Shown one piece after another: positions 23,175 through 36,747 of a DNA stretch of 64,000 nt. The position numbers were made by a program, and so were the translations under genes. The first letter of the stretch is position 1, and each line of letters starts with the position of its first letter. The notes below the pieces were generated by a model. The model saw nothing but the letters and a program-made list of their open reading frames with translations, did no database searches and was not told the origin of the DNA. This stretch comes from Scyliorhinus canicula (taxonomy: Eukaryota): contig NC_052149.1 of the NCBI RefSeq assembly GCF_902713615.1, positions 126,483,256-126,547,255 on the forward strand, read 5' to 3'.

Positions 23175-24724
23175 TCTGGCGTTACATAGATACTTAGATA
23201 CATAGAAGATAGGAGCAGGAGGAGGCCTTTTGGCCCTTCGAGCCTGCTTCGCCATTCATCATGATCATGGCTGATCATCCAACTCAATAGCCTAATCCTG
23301 CTTTCTCCCCATAGCCTTTGATCCCATTCTCCCCAAGTGCTATACTTAGCATCAACTACTTCCTGTGGTAATGAATTCCACAGGCTCACCACACTTTGTG
23401 CGAAGAAATGTCTCCTTATCTCTGACCTAAATGGTTTACCCTGAATCCTCAGACTCTGACCTCGGGTTTTGGACACATCCATCATTGATAACATCTTCCC
23501 TGCATCTACCCTGTCTAGTCCTGTTAGAATTTTATAAGCCTCTATGAGATCCCCCCTCATTCTTCTGAACTCCAGTGAGAACAATCCCAACCTAGTCAAT
23601 CTCTCCTCATATGACAGTCCCGCCATCCCTGGAATCAGTCTGGTAAACCTTCGCTGCACTCCCTCGAGAGCAAGAACATCCTTCCTCAGAGAAGGAGACC
23701 AAAACTGCTCACAATACTCCAAGTGTGGCCTCACCAAGGCCCTGTACAATTGCAGCAACACATCCCTACTTCTATACTAGAAACCTCTCGCAATGAAGGC
23801 CAACATACCATTAGCCTTCTTTACCGCCTGCTGCACCTGCATGCTTACCTTCAGCGAATGGTGCACAAGGGCACCCAGATCCCACTGCACATTCCCCTCT
23901 CCCAATTTACAACCATTTAGGTAGTAATCTGCCTTTCTGTTTTTGCTTCCAAAATGAATAACCTCACACTTATCCAAACTATACTGCACCTGCCATTGAT
24001 TTGCCCACTCGCCCAACCTGTCCAGATCTTGCTGTCGGGTCCCTGCATCCTCGTCACAATTCACCCTCCCATCTAATTTGGTATCATCTGCAAACTCTGA
24101 GATGTTACATTTTGTTCCCTCATCCAAATCATCAATATATATTGTGAATAGTTGGGGTCCCAGCACCGATCCCTGTGGTACCCCACTAGTTGCTGCCTGC
24201 CAATTCGAAAAGGACCCATTAATCCCTACTCTTTGTTTCGTCTCTGCCAACCAGTTTTCTATCACTTCCCCCAATCCCATGTGCTTTAATTTTGCACAAT
24301 AATCACTTATGCAGGACTTTGTCAAACGCCTTCTGAAAGTCCAAATATACCACATCAACTGGCTCCTCCTTGTCGACTGTACTGGTTACCTCTTCAAAGA
24401 ATTCCTACAGATTTGTCAAGCATGATTTTCCCTTCATAAATCCATGCTGACTCTGACTGATCCTGCCACTGCTTTCTAAATGTTCCGCTATAAAGTCCTT
24501 GATAATGGATTCAAGCATTTCCCCCACTACCGATGTTAGGCTCACTGGTCTATAATTCCCTGCTTTCTCTCTACTTCCCTTTTTGAATATCGGAGTGATG
24601 TGAGCTACCCTCCAATCTGCAGGGACAGTTCCAGAGTCTATAGACTCCCGGAAGATGACCACCAATGCATCCCCTATTTCCAGAGCTACCTCCTTAAGCA
24701 CTCTGGGATGCAGATTCTCAGGCC
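23175..24724 (-). mobile_element. CR1 LINE RT and 3' end (runs into the gap)
   Basis: QHGFMKGKSCLTNL, SGVPQGSVLGP, FADDTKL, LYRALVRPHLEYC; CR1 tail at ~23190. Confidence 0.9.
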
Positions 24725-25390
24725 NNNNNNNNNNNNNNNNNNNNNNNNNNNNNNNNNNNNNNNNNNNNNNNNNNNNNNNNNNNNNNNNNNNNNNNNNNNN
24801 NNNNNNNNNNNNNNNNNNNNNNNNNNNNNNNNNNNNNNNNNNNNNNNNNNNNNNNNNNNNNNNNNNNNNNNNNNNNNNNNNNNNNNNNNNNNNNNNNNNN
24901 NNNNNNNNNNNNNNNNNNNNNNNNNNNNNNNNNNNNNNNNNNNNNNNNNNNNNNNNNNNNNNNNNNNNNNNNNNNNNNNNNNNNNNNNNNNNNNNNNNNN
25001 NNNNNNNNNNNNNNNNNNNNNNNNNNNNNNNNNNNNNNNNNNNNNNNNNNNNNNNNNNNNNNNNNNNNNNNNNNNNNNNNNNNNNNNNNNNNNNNNNNNN
25101 NNNNNNNNNNNNNNNNNNNNNNNNNNNNNNNNNNNNNNNNNNNNNNNNNNNNNNNNNNNNNNNNNNNNNNNNNNNNNNNNNNNNNNNNNNNNNNNNNNNN
25201 NNNNNNNNNNNNNNNNNNNNNNNNCATTCCCACCACGATACATCGCTGGGATACCCCGGGTCTAGGAGAGATCAATGGGGTGCATGTCCTCCTGCGAACA
25301 TTTGCAGATGACAGGCCGCTCTACACAAACCGAAAGGGGTTCCACTCGATGAACATGCAGCTGGTGTGTAACCATCAGCTGAGCATCACA

Positions 25391-26446
25391 CACAACTGTG
25401 CCCAATACCCGGGCAGTGTGCACAACGTCTTCATCATAAACAACTGTGCCCAATACCCGGGCAGTATGCACAACGTCTTCATCATACACAACTGTGCCCA
25501 ATACCCGGGCAGTGTGCACAACGTCTTCATCATACACAACTGTGCCCAATACCCGGGCAGTGTGCACAACGTCTTCATCATACACAACTGTGCCCAATAC
25601 CCGGGCAGTGTGCACAATGTCTTCATCATACACAACTGTGCCCAATACCCGGGCAGTGTGCACAACGTCTTCATCATACACAACTGTGCCCAATACCCGG
25701 GCAGTGTGCACAATATCTTCATCAGACACAACTTTGCCCAATACCCGGGCAGTGTGCACAACGTCTTCATCATAAACAACTGTGCCCAATACCCGGGCAG
25801 TGTGCACAAAGCCTTCATCATAAACAATTGTGCCCAATACCCGGGCAGTGTGCACAACACCTTCATCATACACAACTGTGCCCAATACCTGGGCAGTGTG
25901 CACAACGTCTTCATCATAAACAACTGTGCCCAATGCCTGGGCAGTGTGCACAACGTCTTCATCATAAACAATTGTGCCCAATACCCGGGCAGTGTGCACA
26001 ACACCTTCATCATACACAACTGTGCCCAATACCCGGGCAGTGTGCACAATGTCTTCATCATACACAACTGTGCCCAATACCCGGGCAGTGTGCACAAAGC
26101 CTTCATCATAAACAACTGTGCCCAATACCCGGGCAGTGTGCACAACATCTTCATCATACACAACTGTGCCCAATACCCGGGCAGTGTGCACAACGTCTTC
26201 ATCATACACAACTGTGCCCAATACCCGGGCAGTGTGCACAACTCCTTCATCATACACAACTGTGCCCAATACCCGGGCAGTGTGCACAACGTCTTCATCA
26301 TACACAACTGTGCCCAATACCCGGGCAGTGTGCACAACGTCTTCATCATACACAACTGTGCCCAATACCCGGGCAGTGTGCACAACGTCTTCATCATACA
26401 CAACTGTGCCCAATACCCGGGCAGTGTGCACAACTCCTTCATCCTG
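25391..26446 (+). repeat. Tandem array, 48-bp unit, 22 copies, in frame inside the Harbinger transposase
   Basis: HNCAQYPGSVHNVFII x22 in ORF 25280..26524 (414 aa = 37 + 22x16 + 25). Confidence 0.97.
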
Positions 26447-26499
26447 GCACACTCGATGATTCCTGACATGTTCGAGATGCCCCCCCCAACTGAGGGGTT

Positions 26500-27518
26500 T
26501 GTTGTGTTATACACCCTGGGGTAACACGGACTGCAACATGATGCAGATAAATGATAAAGCATACTCCAAACATAGGCGTTGGTTCAATAAGTTTTATTGA
26601 ACTTCAGTAACGAAGCACGCAGCTGCCTGTGGGTTGACTCTCTACTACTCGAAGTAAACTAACTCTAACTATCTGGACCAGGCTAGCTCTGACCCACGTG
26701 TAGAAGGTGTTGGCTGATTTGTACACCCTGTTGTGGGAGCGGTGTTTTCAGAACCCCAAAATGTACCATGGAGTTCAACCAACCTCTCCCTTTAATGGAT
26801 TGTTGCTTTTGAAGCACACGGCTTGGTCTCCAGGTGTGGGATTACAATTATGGACACGTGGGTTTTTAAACACAAAACAATGTTTATTCCATGAATTCAA
26901 CTTAACCTTTTTAAATAAACATTGGCTCATTTACCACCCCTTCCTCCAAAGATAACCCCGAAAATAATACTACACTAAATAATCCCTCAAAATGGTCCTT
27001 CAAACCTCCAACCTCCAATAGACTGAACACCTTTAACAACAGAAACACATCAGGTTAAAGACATTACTATTATGAGTTTAAATCACCCAAATGATTCAGA
27101 GATAGTCTTTCATGGCAGAGATCACAGCAGATCCAGTTCACTGCAAACACAGACACACCCAAGCTCTTTTCCTCAAAACGGAAACCAAAACACTGCAAAA
27201 TGGCTGAGCTAAAACCCCAGCTCCACCCACACTCTGACATCACTTCAGTAATATGAGCTGCTCCATTTCTTAAAGTTACATTACTTAGACATCCATTTCT
27301 TAAAGGTACTCTCACGTGACAACCCTGAATGTCACTACAGTTGTCCCCAGTGGAAAGAGGCAGAGTGCTGATGCCTCGTGTGTTTTATAGTTGGAAGCCA
27401 CCCTCTGGTGTTCTGTCTGCTGATTGGTTGTGTTCTGTTCTGTATGTTGATTGGCTCACCTTGGTGTCTGTCACTGCCTGCTTTTGCATCATGATATGCA
27501 TGGGTGCATATTATGACA
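26500..27518 (-). mobile_element. Solo LTR with 5-bp TSD, interrupted by a second solo LTR
   Basis: TG...CA termini; TSD GGGTT; removing it restores transposase LRGLLLGDRGYPL. Confidence 0.75.
26729..27321 (-). mobile_element. Nested solo LTR (family of 7322-7936)
   Basis: Reverse complement starts TGTCACGTGAGAGTACCTTTAAGAAATG; 4-bp TSD ACCC. Confidence 0.88.
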
Positions 27519-30383
27519 GGGTTTGCTCCTGGGTGATAGGGGTTATCCACTGCGGCTGTGGCTGATGAGGTGGAGTCTCCTCTACAACAACGCCCATGTA
27601 GGACTAGGGGTGTGACCGAGCGGTGCTTCGGCCTCCTGAAGATGTGGTTCAGGTGCCTGGACCACTCTGGAGGGGCCCTTCAGTATGGTCCCGAGAGGGT
27701 AGCCCGCATTATGGTGGCCTGCTGTACCCTCCACAACATCACGCAGCAGAGGGGCAATGTGCTGGCAGAAGAGGATGAACATCCGGCCTCCTCTGATGAG
27801 GAGGATGTAGGGGAGGCAGGCAGGGCATAGGGCCCGGGCAGGCACTGAAGGCCCTACAATGTGTGCACAAGGGCCAATGTACACGGGACGCTCTGATCAC
27901 CTCCAGATTCAACGACTGACGGTGTCTGACCAAGGGCACAGACACCACAATGCCCCCCACACACCCCACCCCGCCTCCTGGCCACTCGCCCGCCCACAAC
28001 CTCCTCTATGATACATTCCTGCCACGCTACGGGATGCAGACCCTGGTTGGCAGTAACAGCGGGTCTGGTCTATGGGATGGAGGATGATGACAGCCCGCTC
28101 AGCAATGAGCTCTGGTGCTCCGCATCGTTTGACAATGTCTGACTCCTGCCACAATAGCACTTTCCACCTGGGTGATCCCTGCCTGCGAGCTGACCAGTCC
28201 ATTGAATCATTTATGTGCCAGACCTCCGGTGGCGGCTATGAGGGAGTAAGTCGCACATTTGGTGGCTCGCGCTCCAGTCTGACTTTAAGACCTTTTCCCC
28301 CGATTTTTTTGAACTTTTCAGCGCTGGAGTGAAAAACAATAGCACTCTAGATCTGAATCCATACAGAGTTGTCTGGACTTAAGGAGCAGAAGGGAGCGAA
28401 AACAGGCGAAGAAGGGGCTGAACAAAGGTTGTGTGGAAGCTCTAGTGGGAGGACTGGTGGCCGATGAACGGACCACGGAACGGACGGTCCAGACAGCACC
28501 GGACAACATGCTGCAGGTCATGAAAGAGAGCTTCGCAACGCTGAAGCGGGATAATTTGGAACCGCTCCAGAAAGCGGTGGAGCGACTTGACGAGAGGCTG
28601 GATGCTCAGGATAAGGAGGTCCAGGCACTGGAGAAGAAAGTGGAAGGGCAGGCGGATTTCCAAACGGTAGCGGATGTGGAAATTAGAACGTTGAAGGAGC
28701 AGCAAGCAAGGCTGATGGATAAGCTGGAGGATCTGGAAAACATTGGGCTCCCGGAGGGGGCCGAGGGAGTGGATGCCACGGTATATGTGGCAGACATGCT
28801 GCAGAAGCTGGTGGGGGATGATTTCTTCCCGCGTCTGTTGGAGCTGGGCAGGGCACACAGAGTGCAGGCGAGGCAGCCACGAGGGGGGGGGTGCGGGCGA
28901 TGATGGTCAGGTTCCGTAGATTCGTGGACAAGGAGCGGGTTCTACAGTGGGCCAAGAGCACGAGGAGCTGCTCATGGAACAACAGTGGCCTGCGCATCTA
29001 CCAGGATCTGAGCCAGGAGGTGGCCAGAAGGAGGGCAGCCTACAGACAAATTAAAGGGATTCTATTTAAAAAGGTCAGGTTTGGGCTACTTTTCCCGGCG
29101 CGGCTTTGGGTCACATACAAGCCGAACAGCAACATTATTTTGACGACCCGGAGGAAGCGATGGACTTTGCTAAGGGGCATGGACTGGTGCCGAACTGAGG
29201 ACCCATGGACTCAGGTTAGGGTGTGCTAAGGGATGTCTGCAGTTGTTCCCAGATTGCCCTTCGTATTAGGGATGTCGTTCGGCATGCTCTTTTACTTAAA
29301 AATTGGGGGTGTTCTTCTGTTTGTGTTTGCCTGTTTGAAAGTTTTAAAGTTAAAGCCAAAGTTATAGTTAAAGTTTAAGTTATTGGTAGCTGGGGGACTG
29401 TTTGGGTTCTTTTTGCTTTTTTTCTGGGAATGTTGGGAGGGGGGTGGGTGGCAGCACCCACCTCATTACACAGTTTGAATTGCACTATTGTGGGAACGAG
29501 CTTTGTTCTTTGTTTGTTTTCTCTCTGTTTTGGTCCCAGAGCGATTGCTCGAACAGGGCTGTTCTGGGGAGGTGGTGTTGATGGGCGGGGGGGAGGGGTG
29601 CGGGGAGACAATAGGTGGGAGACATGGTGGCACCGGAGTTGAGAGCCACCAGGCTAGCTGCTTGGAGTTAGTCAACAGGAGCGAGGTAGGGGGTGTGTAT
29701 ACAGCCAGTATAGGACAGGGGTTAGGTTACAAGGGGTTGTTGCTGGGGGAGAGGGGGGGTGGGGGAGATGAACTACTGACGAGGGAGTGAACTGAACCAG
29801 GTAACAGGGAAGGGATCGGGAGTGGGGCCTGCCAAGAGGCGGACCAGGGGAGGCGCGGCACATGGGCAGGGGGTGGGCCCAAGAAAGGGGGATGGCTATC
29901 GGCGTTGGGGGGGGCGGGGCAGGGTGCCCTCCAACCAGGCTGATCATCTGGAATTTTAGAGGATTAAACGGGCCAGTCAAGAGGATATGTGTGTTCGCGC
30001 ACTTATGGGCTCTGAAGGCGGATGTAATGTTGTTGCAGGAGACACATTTGAAAGTGGCGGACCAGATTAGATTACGGAAGGTCTGGGTTAGCCAGGTTTT
30101 CCATTCGGGGCTTGACGCTAAGACCAGAGGGGTCGCGATCATGATTAAGAAACGGGTTAAGCTTGAGGCGAACAGCACAGTTGCGGATGGGGGGAGGGGT
30201 AGATTTCCCATGGTCCGCGGCAAGCTTGAGGGGGTGAAGGTGGTCCTAGTGAATATTTACGCTCCAAACTGGGATGATGTAGATTTCATCAAAAGGCTGC
30301 TGGGGAAAATCCCCGACTTGGATTTGCACAAGTTGATTATGGGTGGGGACTTTAATACAGTCCCCGACCCCGACCTGGACCGG

Positions 30384-30664
30384 TGATGTACCATCAATTG
30401 GACGAGAGACACGATGAATGTCAAAACTTAGGCTTTAATCAGCTAGATGTTAGCCCGGTGGCCGACTACAGATAAAGGCCAACCGCCGGGAACTCTGGGT
30501 ACTTATACCCCGCCTCAGAGGCAGGGTCTACTTGCCTCTCGACCAATTGGTGAAGAGTCACATGACTAGTCTCAGCCAATCAGCCGAGAGGCACATGACC
30601 AGCCAGAGCCAATGGGAAACCAGTGCTCTGCACCAATGGCAGTGCTCCCACTCATACAACCACA
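30384..30664 (-). mobile_element. Solo LTR of the Mag-like Gypsy group inside LINE ORF2
   Basis: TGTGGT...CATCA termini as in elements A and C; 5-bp TSD ACCGG; contains ATTAAAGCC. Confidence 0.9.
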
Positions 30665-33560
30665 ACCGGTCGTGCTCCAGAACGGTCAGGGTCCCGGCAA
30701 TGGCAAAAGAACTGACAGGGTTCATGGAACAAATGGGGGGGGGGGGGGGGGGGGGGTGGACCCCTGGAGAATCAGCCGGCCGACGGGGAAGGAGTTCTCG
30801 TTCTATTCACATGTTCACAAGGTTTATTCTCGTATTGACTTCTTTATTATGAGTAGTGACTTTTTGGAGGGGGTGAGGGATACTGAATACTTGGCGATCA
30901 CTATTTCAGGCCGTGCTCCACATTGGGTCGACCTGCTGGTCTGCAAAGAAAGTTACCAGCGCCCACAATGGATGTTAGAGGTGGGATTGTTGGCAGAGAG
31001 GGTGTGTGAGCGAGTGGGGAAATGCATGCAGGACTACCTGCAGGTCAACGATACAGGGGAAGTCTCAGCAGCGGTGCTCTGAGAGGCGCTAAAGGCGGTG
31101 GTGAGAGGGGAACTGATCTCAATCCGATCCCATAGGGACAGAACGGATAGGGCAGAGATGGACAGACTGGTGCAGGAGATGACACGGACGGATAGGGAAT
31201 ATGAGGAATCCCCGAGGGCAGAGCTACTTAGGGAACGACGGAGCTGGGAGCGCTATCCACTGGGAAGGCCGTAGAGCAACTCAGAAAGGCTAGGGGTGCG
31301 GTGTATGAGTATGGGGAGTAAGCCAGCAGAATGCTTGCACAGCAACTTAGGAAGAGGGAGGCGGCCAGGGAAATAGGGAAGGTAGTGGATGGGGTAGGGA
31401 ACCGGGTGGGAGACCCGGCAGGACTGAACAGGGTATCCAGGGACTTTTACAGTAAGCTGTATACCTCGGAACCCCCCACGGGGCAGGAGGGGATGAGGTG
31501 CTTCTTAGATGGGCTGACCTTCCCAAAGGTGGGCAGGGGGATGGTAGAGGGGCTGGGGGCCCCGATTAGAGATGAAGAAGTAATGGGGGGCCTGAAGGCC
31601 ATGCAGTTGGGTAAAGCCCCGGGGCCGGATGGGTATCCAGTGGAGTTCTATAAAACGTTCTTGGGTATACTGGGGCCAGTGCTGGTTAGGGTGTTTAACG
31701 AGGCGAGGGACAATGGGATATTGCCCCCGACGATGTCGCAAACCACCATCTCGCTGATATTAAAATGGGATAAGGATCCGCAGGTTTGTGGGTCCTATAG
31801 GCCAATCTCCCTGATTAATGTAGACGCTAAACTGCTGGCCAAGATCCTGGCATCCAGAATCGAGGACTGCGTACCGGACATGATTGTGGAGGACCAAACG
31901 GGGTTTGTTAAGGGCAGGCAGCTGGTAGCCAATCTAAGAAGGCTACTCAATGTGATTATGATGCCCCCGGAGGGCAGAGAGGTGGAGGTAGTGGTGGCAA
32001 TGGATGCCGAAAAGACTTTTGACCGGGTGGAGTGGGACTATTTATGGGAGGTGTTGGGACGGTTTGGGTTTGGAGAAGGCTTTGTGGACTGGGTTAAGCT
32101 GCTATATCAGGCCCCGGAGGCTAGTGTAAGGACGAACAGGACAACATCTGAGTATTTTAGACTACACCGCGGGACAAGACAGGGATGCCCCCTCTCTCCA
32201 CTGCTGTTTGCGTTGACCATAGAACCGCTGGCAATTGCTCTGAGAGCGGCAAGGGGATAGAAGGGAATGGTCAGGGGGGGGGGGGGGGGGGATAGAACAC
32301 AAGGTCTCGCTCTACGCGGATGACCTGCTTTTGTATTTGTCGGATCCAGCGGCAGGGATGGACGGGATCATGGAAATCCTAGGGGAGTTTGGCCAGTTTT
32401 CGGGCTACAAGTTGAACATGGCAAAATGCGAGATGTTTGTGGTGCAGGCGAGGGGTCAGGAGAATAGGCTGAGGGAGCTACCATTTAGGCTGGTTGGGGA
32501 AAGTTTTAGGTATCTAGGGATACAAGTGGCGCGCGACTGGGGTAAGATCCATAGGATGAGCTTGTCCAGGTTGGTGGAGCAAATGAGGAGCGAGTTTCGG
32601 AGGTGGGATGCACTCCCGCTGTCACTAGCGGAGAGAGTGCAGACGGTGAAGATGACGATTCTCCCGAGATTCCTGTTTATTTTTCAGTGTCTCCCTATTT
32701 TTATTCTTTAAAAGAATCAATAAAATCATCCTGGGATTTGTTTGGGCAGGGAAGTCCCCGCGGGTAAAGAGGGGAATGCTGGAACGGAACCGTAGCGAGG
32801 GGGGGCTGGCGCTGCTGAACCTCAGCAACTACTACTGGGCGGCTAACATAGCCATGATAAGGAAATGGATGGTGGGTATGGGGTCGGTTTGGGAGCGGGT
32901 GGAGGCTGCTTCATGCAGGGGCACCAGCTTGGCAGCTGGTCACGGCTCCCCTGCTGTTCTCGCCGGCCAGGTACTCCACCAGCCCTATACTGGTGGCGGC
33001 TTTACGGATTTGGGGCCAATGGAGGAACCATGCGGGGGAAGTGGGAGCGTCGGTCTGGTCCCCAATATGTGACAACCACCGATTTGTCCCGGGGAAGATG
33101 GATGGCGGGTTTCGAGCGTGTTGGAGGGCGGGGGTGGGAAGGATGGACGACTTGTTCCTGGAAGGGAGCTTCGCAAACATGAGGGTGCTGGAGGAGAAGT
33201 TCGGGCTGGCGAGGGGGAATGACTTTCGGTACTTGCAGGTGCGAGATTTCGTACGTAGACAGGTCCCGTCCTTTCCACGCCTTCCACCAAGGGGGATCCA
33301 GGACAGGGTAATTTCCAGGGGTGAGGTAGGAGAGGGGAGAGTCTCAGATATTTATAAGGAGCTTATAAGGAGGACACAGGGACTGAGGAACTGAAACTTA
33401 AGTGGGAGGAGGAGCTTGGTGGGGAGTTGGAGGGAGGCGTATGGGCAGACGCTCTGAGGAGGGTAAATGCAACCGCAACAGTTCAAGGTAGTTCACCGGG
33501 CCCACACGACGGTGGCCCGGATGAGCAAATTCTTTGGGCTGGAGGACAAGTGTGCTAGAT

Positions 33561-33909
33561 ATCATAGAATTTACAGTGCAGAAGGAGGCCACTCGGCCCA
33601 ACGAGTCTGCACCGGCTCTTGGAAAGAGCACCCTACCCAAGGTCAACACCTCCACCTTATCCCCATAACCCAGTAACCACACCCAACACTAAGGGCAATT
33701 TTGGACACGAAGGGCAATTTATCATGGCCACTCCATCTAACCTGCACATCTTTGGACTGTGGGAGGAAACCGGAGCACCCGGAGGAAACCCAAGCACACA
33801 CGGGGAGGATGTGCAGACTCGACACAGTCAGTGACCCAAGCTGCAATCGAACCTGGGACCCTGGAGCTGTGAAGCAATTGTGCTATCCACAAGGCTACCG
33901 TGCTGCGCC
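33561..33909 (-). mobile_element. tRNA-SINE inserted in LINE ORF2
   Basis: SINE body and tail split the KCARC..NHVHMFWAC region. Confidence 0.85.
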
Positions 33910-34784
33910 TGATGTGGGGGAGGACCAGTGAACCATGTCCACATGTTCTGGGCGTGTCCGAAACTCAGGGGATACTGGCAGGGATTTGCAGACGTCATAT
34001 CCCGGGGACTGAAAATAAGGGTGGCGATGAGTCCAGAGGTGGCGATTTTTGGGGTGTCGGAAGACCCGGGAGTACAGGAGGGGATAGAGGCCGATGTTGT
34101 GGCCTTTGCTTCCCTGATGGCCCGGTGACGAATACTGTTGGCCTGGAGGGACTCATAGCCCCCAAATACCGAAGTATGGCTGTCGGACATGGCAAGCTAT
34201 CTCGGCTTGGAAAAAATCAAGTTCGCCTTACGCGGATCACTATCGGGGTTCGCCGAGAGGTGGCAACCATTCATCGACTACTTCCCGGGGAACTAATCAT
34301 CAGCGGAGGGTGGGGTAGAATAGTGTAGAGTAGGGGGGGGGAGAATAGGCGGGTCAATCTGAGAGAGTGGTACTGTTATTTTACTATATTTTTTGTAATT
34401 GGTATTTGCACACTAATGTATATTGTTATTGTTTACAATGCCAAAAATACCTGAATAAAATTGTCTGTTAAAAAAAATCATTGATGTGGCGGAGGTTGGG
34501 ACGGTGGTAGTTGTGGGTGGCGGGGGAATGGGACACCAGAGTGGAGAGCGCTGTCCTGAACTGTGGCCTTTGAGCCAAGCCAACCCCCAACAACCGTCCA
34601 TTTCCCCTGCCCCACGCACCCTATCTGGCCAGCTCAGACCCTAACCAGCCCACCCCTCACACCCATCCGACAGAGCACCAAGGCAGGTTGTAACAGTGTG
34701 AACAGGTGTTTAATGTGACAACAAATATACAGATTGGGCCCTAGCCCCCATCACTAAACTGTGTCCTGCACCCGTGCCAGCATA

Positions 34785-35270
34785 GGGCACTGTTTAGCAC
34801 ACTGGGCTAAACCGCTGGCTTTGAAAGCAGACCAAGCAAGCAAGCAGCATGGTTCAATTCCCGTAACAGGCGCCGGAATGTGGCGACTAGGGGCTCTTCA
34901 CAGTAACTTCAATGAAGTCTACTCGTGACAATAAGCGATTTTCATTTTTCATAAGGGGGCACGGTAGCATAGTGGTTAGCACAATGGCTTCATAGTGCCA
35001 GGGTCCCGGTTTGATTCCCGACTTGTCTGTGCGGAGTCTGCACATTCTCCCCTTGTCTGCGTGGGTTTCCTCTGGGTGCTCCGGTTTCCTCCCATAGGCC
35101 AAAGATATGCAGGTTAGGTGGATTGGCTATACTAAATTGCCCTAAGGTTAGGTGGGGTTACGGGGATGGGGTAGAAGTGTGGGCTTAGATAGGGTGATCT
35201 TTCCATGGGTTGGTGCAGACTCGATGGGCTGAATGGCCTCCTTCCGCACTGTAAATACTGTGATTCTGTG
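34785..35270 (+). mobile_element. Two adjacent SINEs of different families
   Basis: 34785-34950 matches the family at 17020-17202; 34955-35270 is the ggggcacggtagcatagtggttagc family. Confidence 0.82.
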
Positions 35271-36747
35271 AAAACGGCTTTCTAATTTTCTGTCCTTACA
35301 GATCCGAATGCTACCTCCAGGTGGATCAGGAGTGGAGGCGGCCTGCTGTGATTCCTACTCTGTGACCTGGGTCCCCTTTGCTGGCCATCTTCTGGGGCAA
35401 ATGGGTCTGGATGGACCCAGCTGCTGTTCGACTGTCCCAGGTAGTGTGGTGCTGCCCTGTTCTGCCCGCTGTGACTGCACTGTCCAGCAGTGTCTGGCAC
35501 ATTGCTGCCTGTGAGGGGACAGCCTTGTACTGGGCCGAGGCCAGCGGCCGCAGAGTGTGCCCCAAGCCTTGGACATGCTGATCCAGGGCTGAAACCCTCG
35601 CCCCAAGGCCTCCACTGCGGACCTGGGTGTCACCATGGCAGCACCACCTCCTGCTCCTGCACACGGTTGGATTCCTCCACCTTCTCCTGCAGGTGCTGGA
35701 TACTCACCAACAACCCCTCATGTAGTCGCTGAATCTGTGACTGCATCACCACAATCGATGGGACTGTCCGTTCCAGCACCCCAACACCCTTCTGGATGGC
35801 AGCTAGTCCCTGGGGCCGGCCCACCCTCCGACCGTCCGCGCCCTCGGGAGTTCCTACCTCCACCTGCTGTACTGGAGCATGTGTGTGGTGGCACCAGATA
35901 GTGTCCCAGGGGCTTCATCACTAAGGTGCCCCGCTGAGGTGAGTGTCTCTGGGATGGTGGAGGGTGTTGGAGACAGCTTAGCAGTGCTAGCCTGGCATGC
36001 TGGCAGTGCCACCTGTTGACTCTGGCAATGCCATCTGGTCACCCTGGCAATGCCACACTGGCCCTGCCAAGATGTCCATGGGGCACAACCAGTATGGCAT
36101 GAGCAATGCCAGGGTGTCAGGCTGGCACTGCCATGCTGCCCGGGCAGCAGGCTGTCCGAGCCTGGGATCAGGCCCTGAGCGTTCCCTGCCTTGACTGGGT
36201 GGATGGGGGTGGGTCGAGAACCCCCTATTCAGAAATTTGGGGAATCCGGAGGCCGCAGTGGGAGTTGAGAGATGGGGGCAGCATTGAAAGATCACCCCCT
36301 GATCTCTCCCCGCACTGACGGGCTCAGCTCGCAGGAAGTGGATGTCAGTGCGGCCTCGGAGGCTCCTTCCTCACCAAGGCCCAAATATCCTAGAATCCCG
36401 GTTAATAACGGGATCATTTTCAGCACTGCAGGCTCCGGGAAACACCCCACTAAACACTCCCAAAACAGGAGCCTGTTGATTCCCAGTTACATTGCTCCCT
36501 GAGTAAATCAGTCGCTGCAGAAATGTTGTGGTGATCGGAGACAGATAGTTGGCATTTTGAAGGTGCCGTTGGAAGTGAAGTGGGGAATAGGTTTTTCCAG
36601 GGATTGATACAGAAGGGGGTAGGGTTGGGGTGTGGAAGGGGGATGTGGGTGGAGAGTGATATAAGGAAGTGATCAGAGATGGTCTTATCTGTGATTGAAA
36701 CACTGGGAGTAGTGAGACCACGTGAGGAGTTAAGGTCATATACAATT

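Larger units (their letters stand above)
28223..34475 (+). mobile_element. Full-length L1/Tx1-type LINE, decayed
   Basis: ORF1 (coiled coil, GRAHRV, LRIYQDLSQEVARRR, FPARLWVTY) ~28390-29190; ORF2 from 29892 with APE (WNFRGLN, LQETH, NIYAPN, MGGDFN), RT (KAPGPDG, GTRQGCPLSP, YADD) and C-terminal region; AATAAA and A-tail; degenerate 18-bp TSD 28205-28222 / 34476-34493. Confidence 0.93.
25225..36370 (+). mobile_element. PIF/Harbinger transposon, decayed and heavily nested
   Basis: HARBI1-like transposase pieces: RKGFHSMNMQLVC..YPGSVH, LLGDRGYPL (rejoined across the LTR at 26500-27518) and ERCFGLLKMWFRCLDHSGGALQY..ACCTLHN (27558-27830); sequence at 35290-36370 matches the Myb-gene side of the fragment at 6008. 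Confidence 0.8.

Noticed and set aside
24600-25311. ORFs spanning N runs (also 16609-17026)
   Set aside because: Artefacts of translating through assembly gaps.
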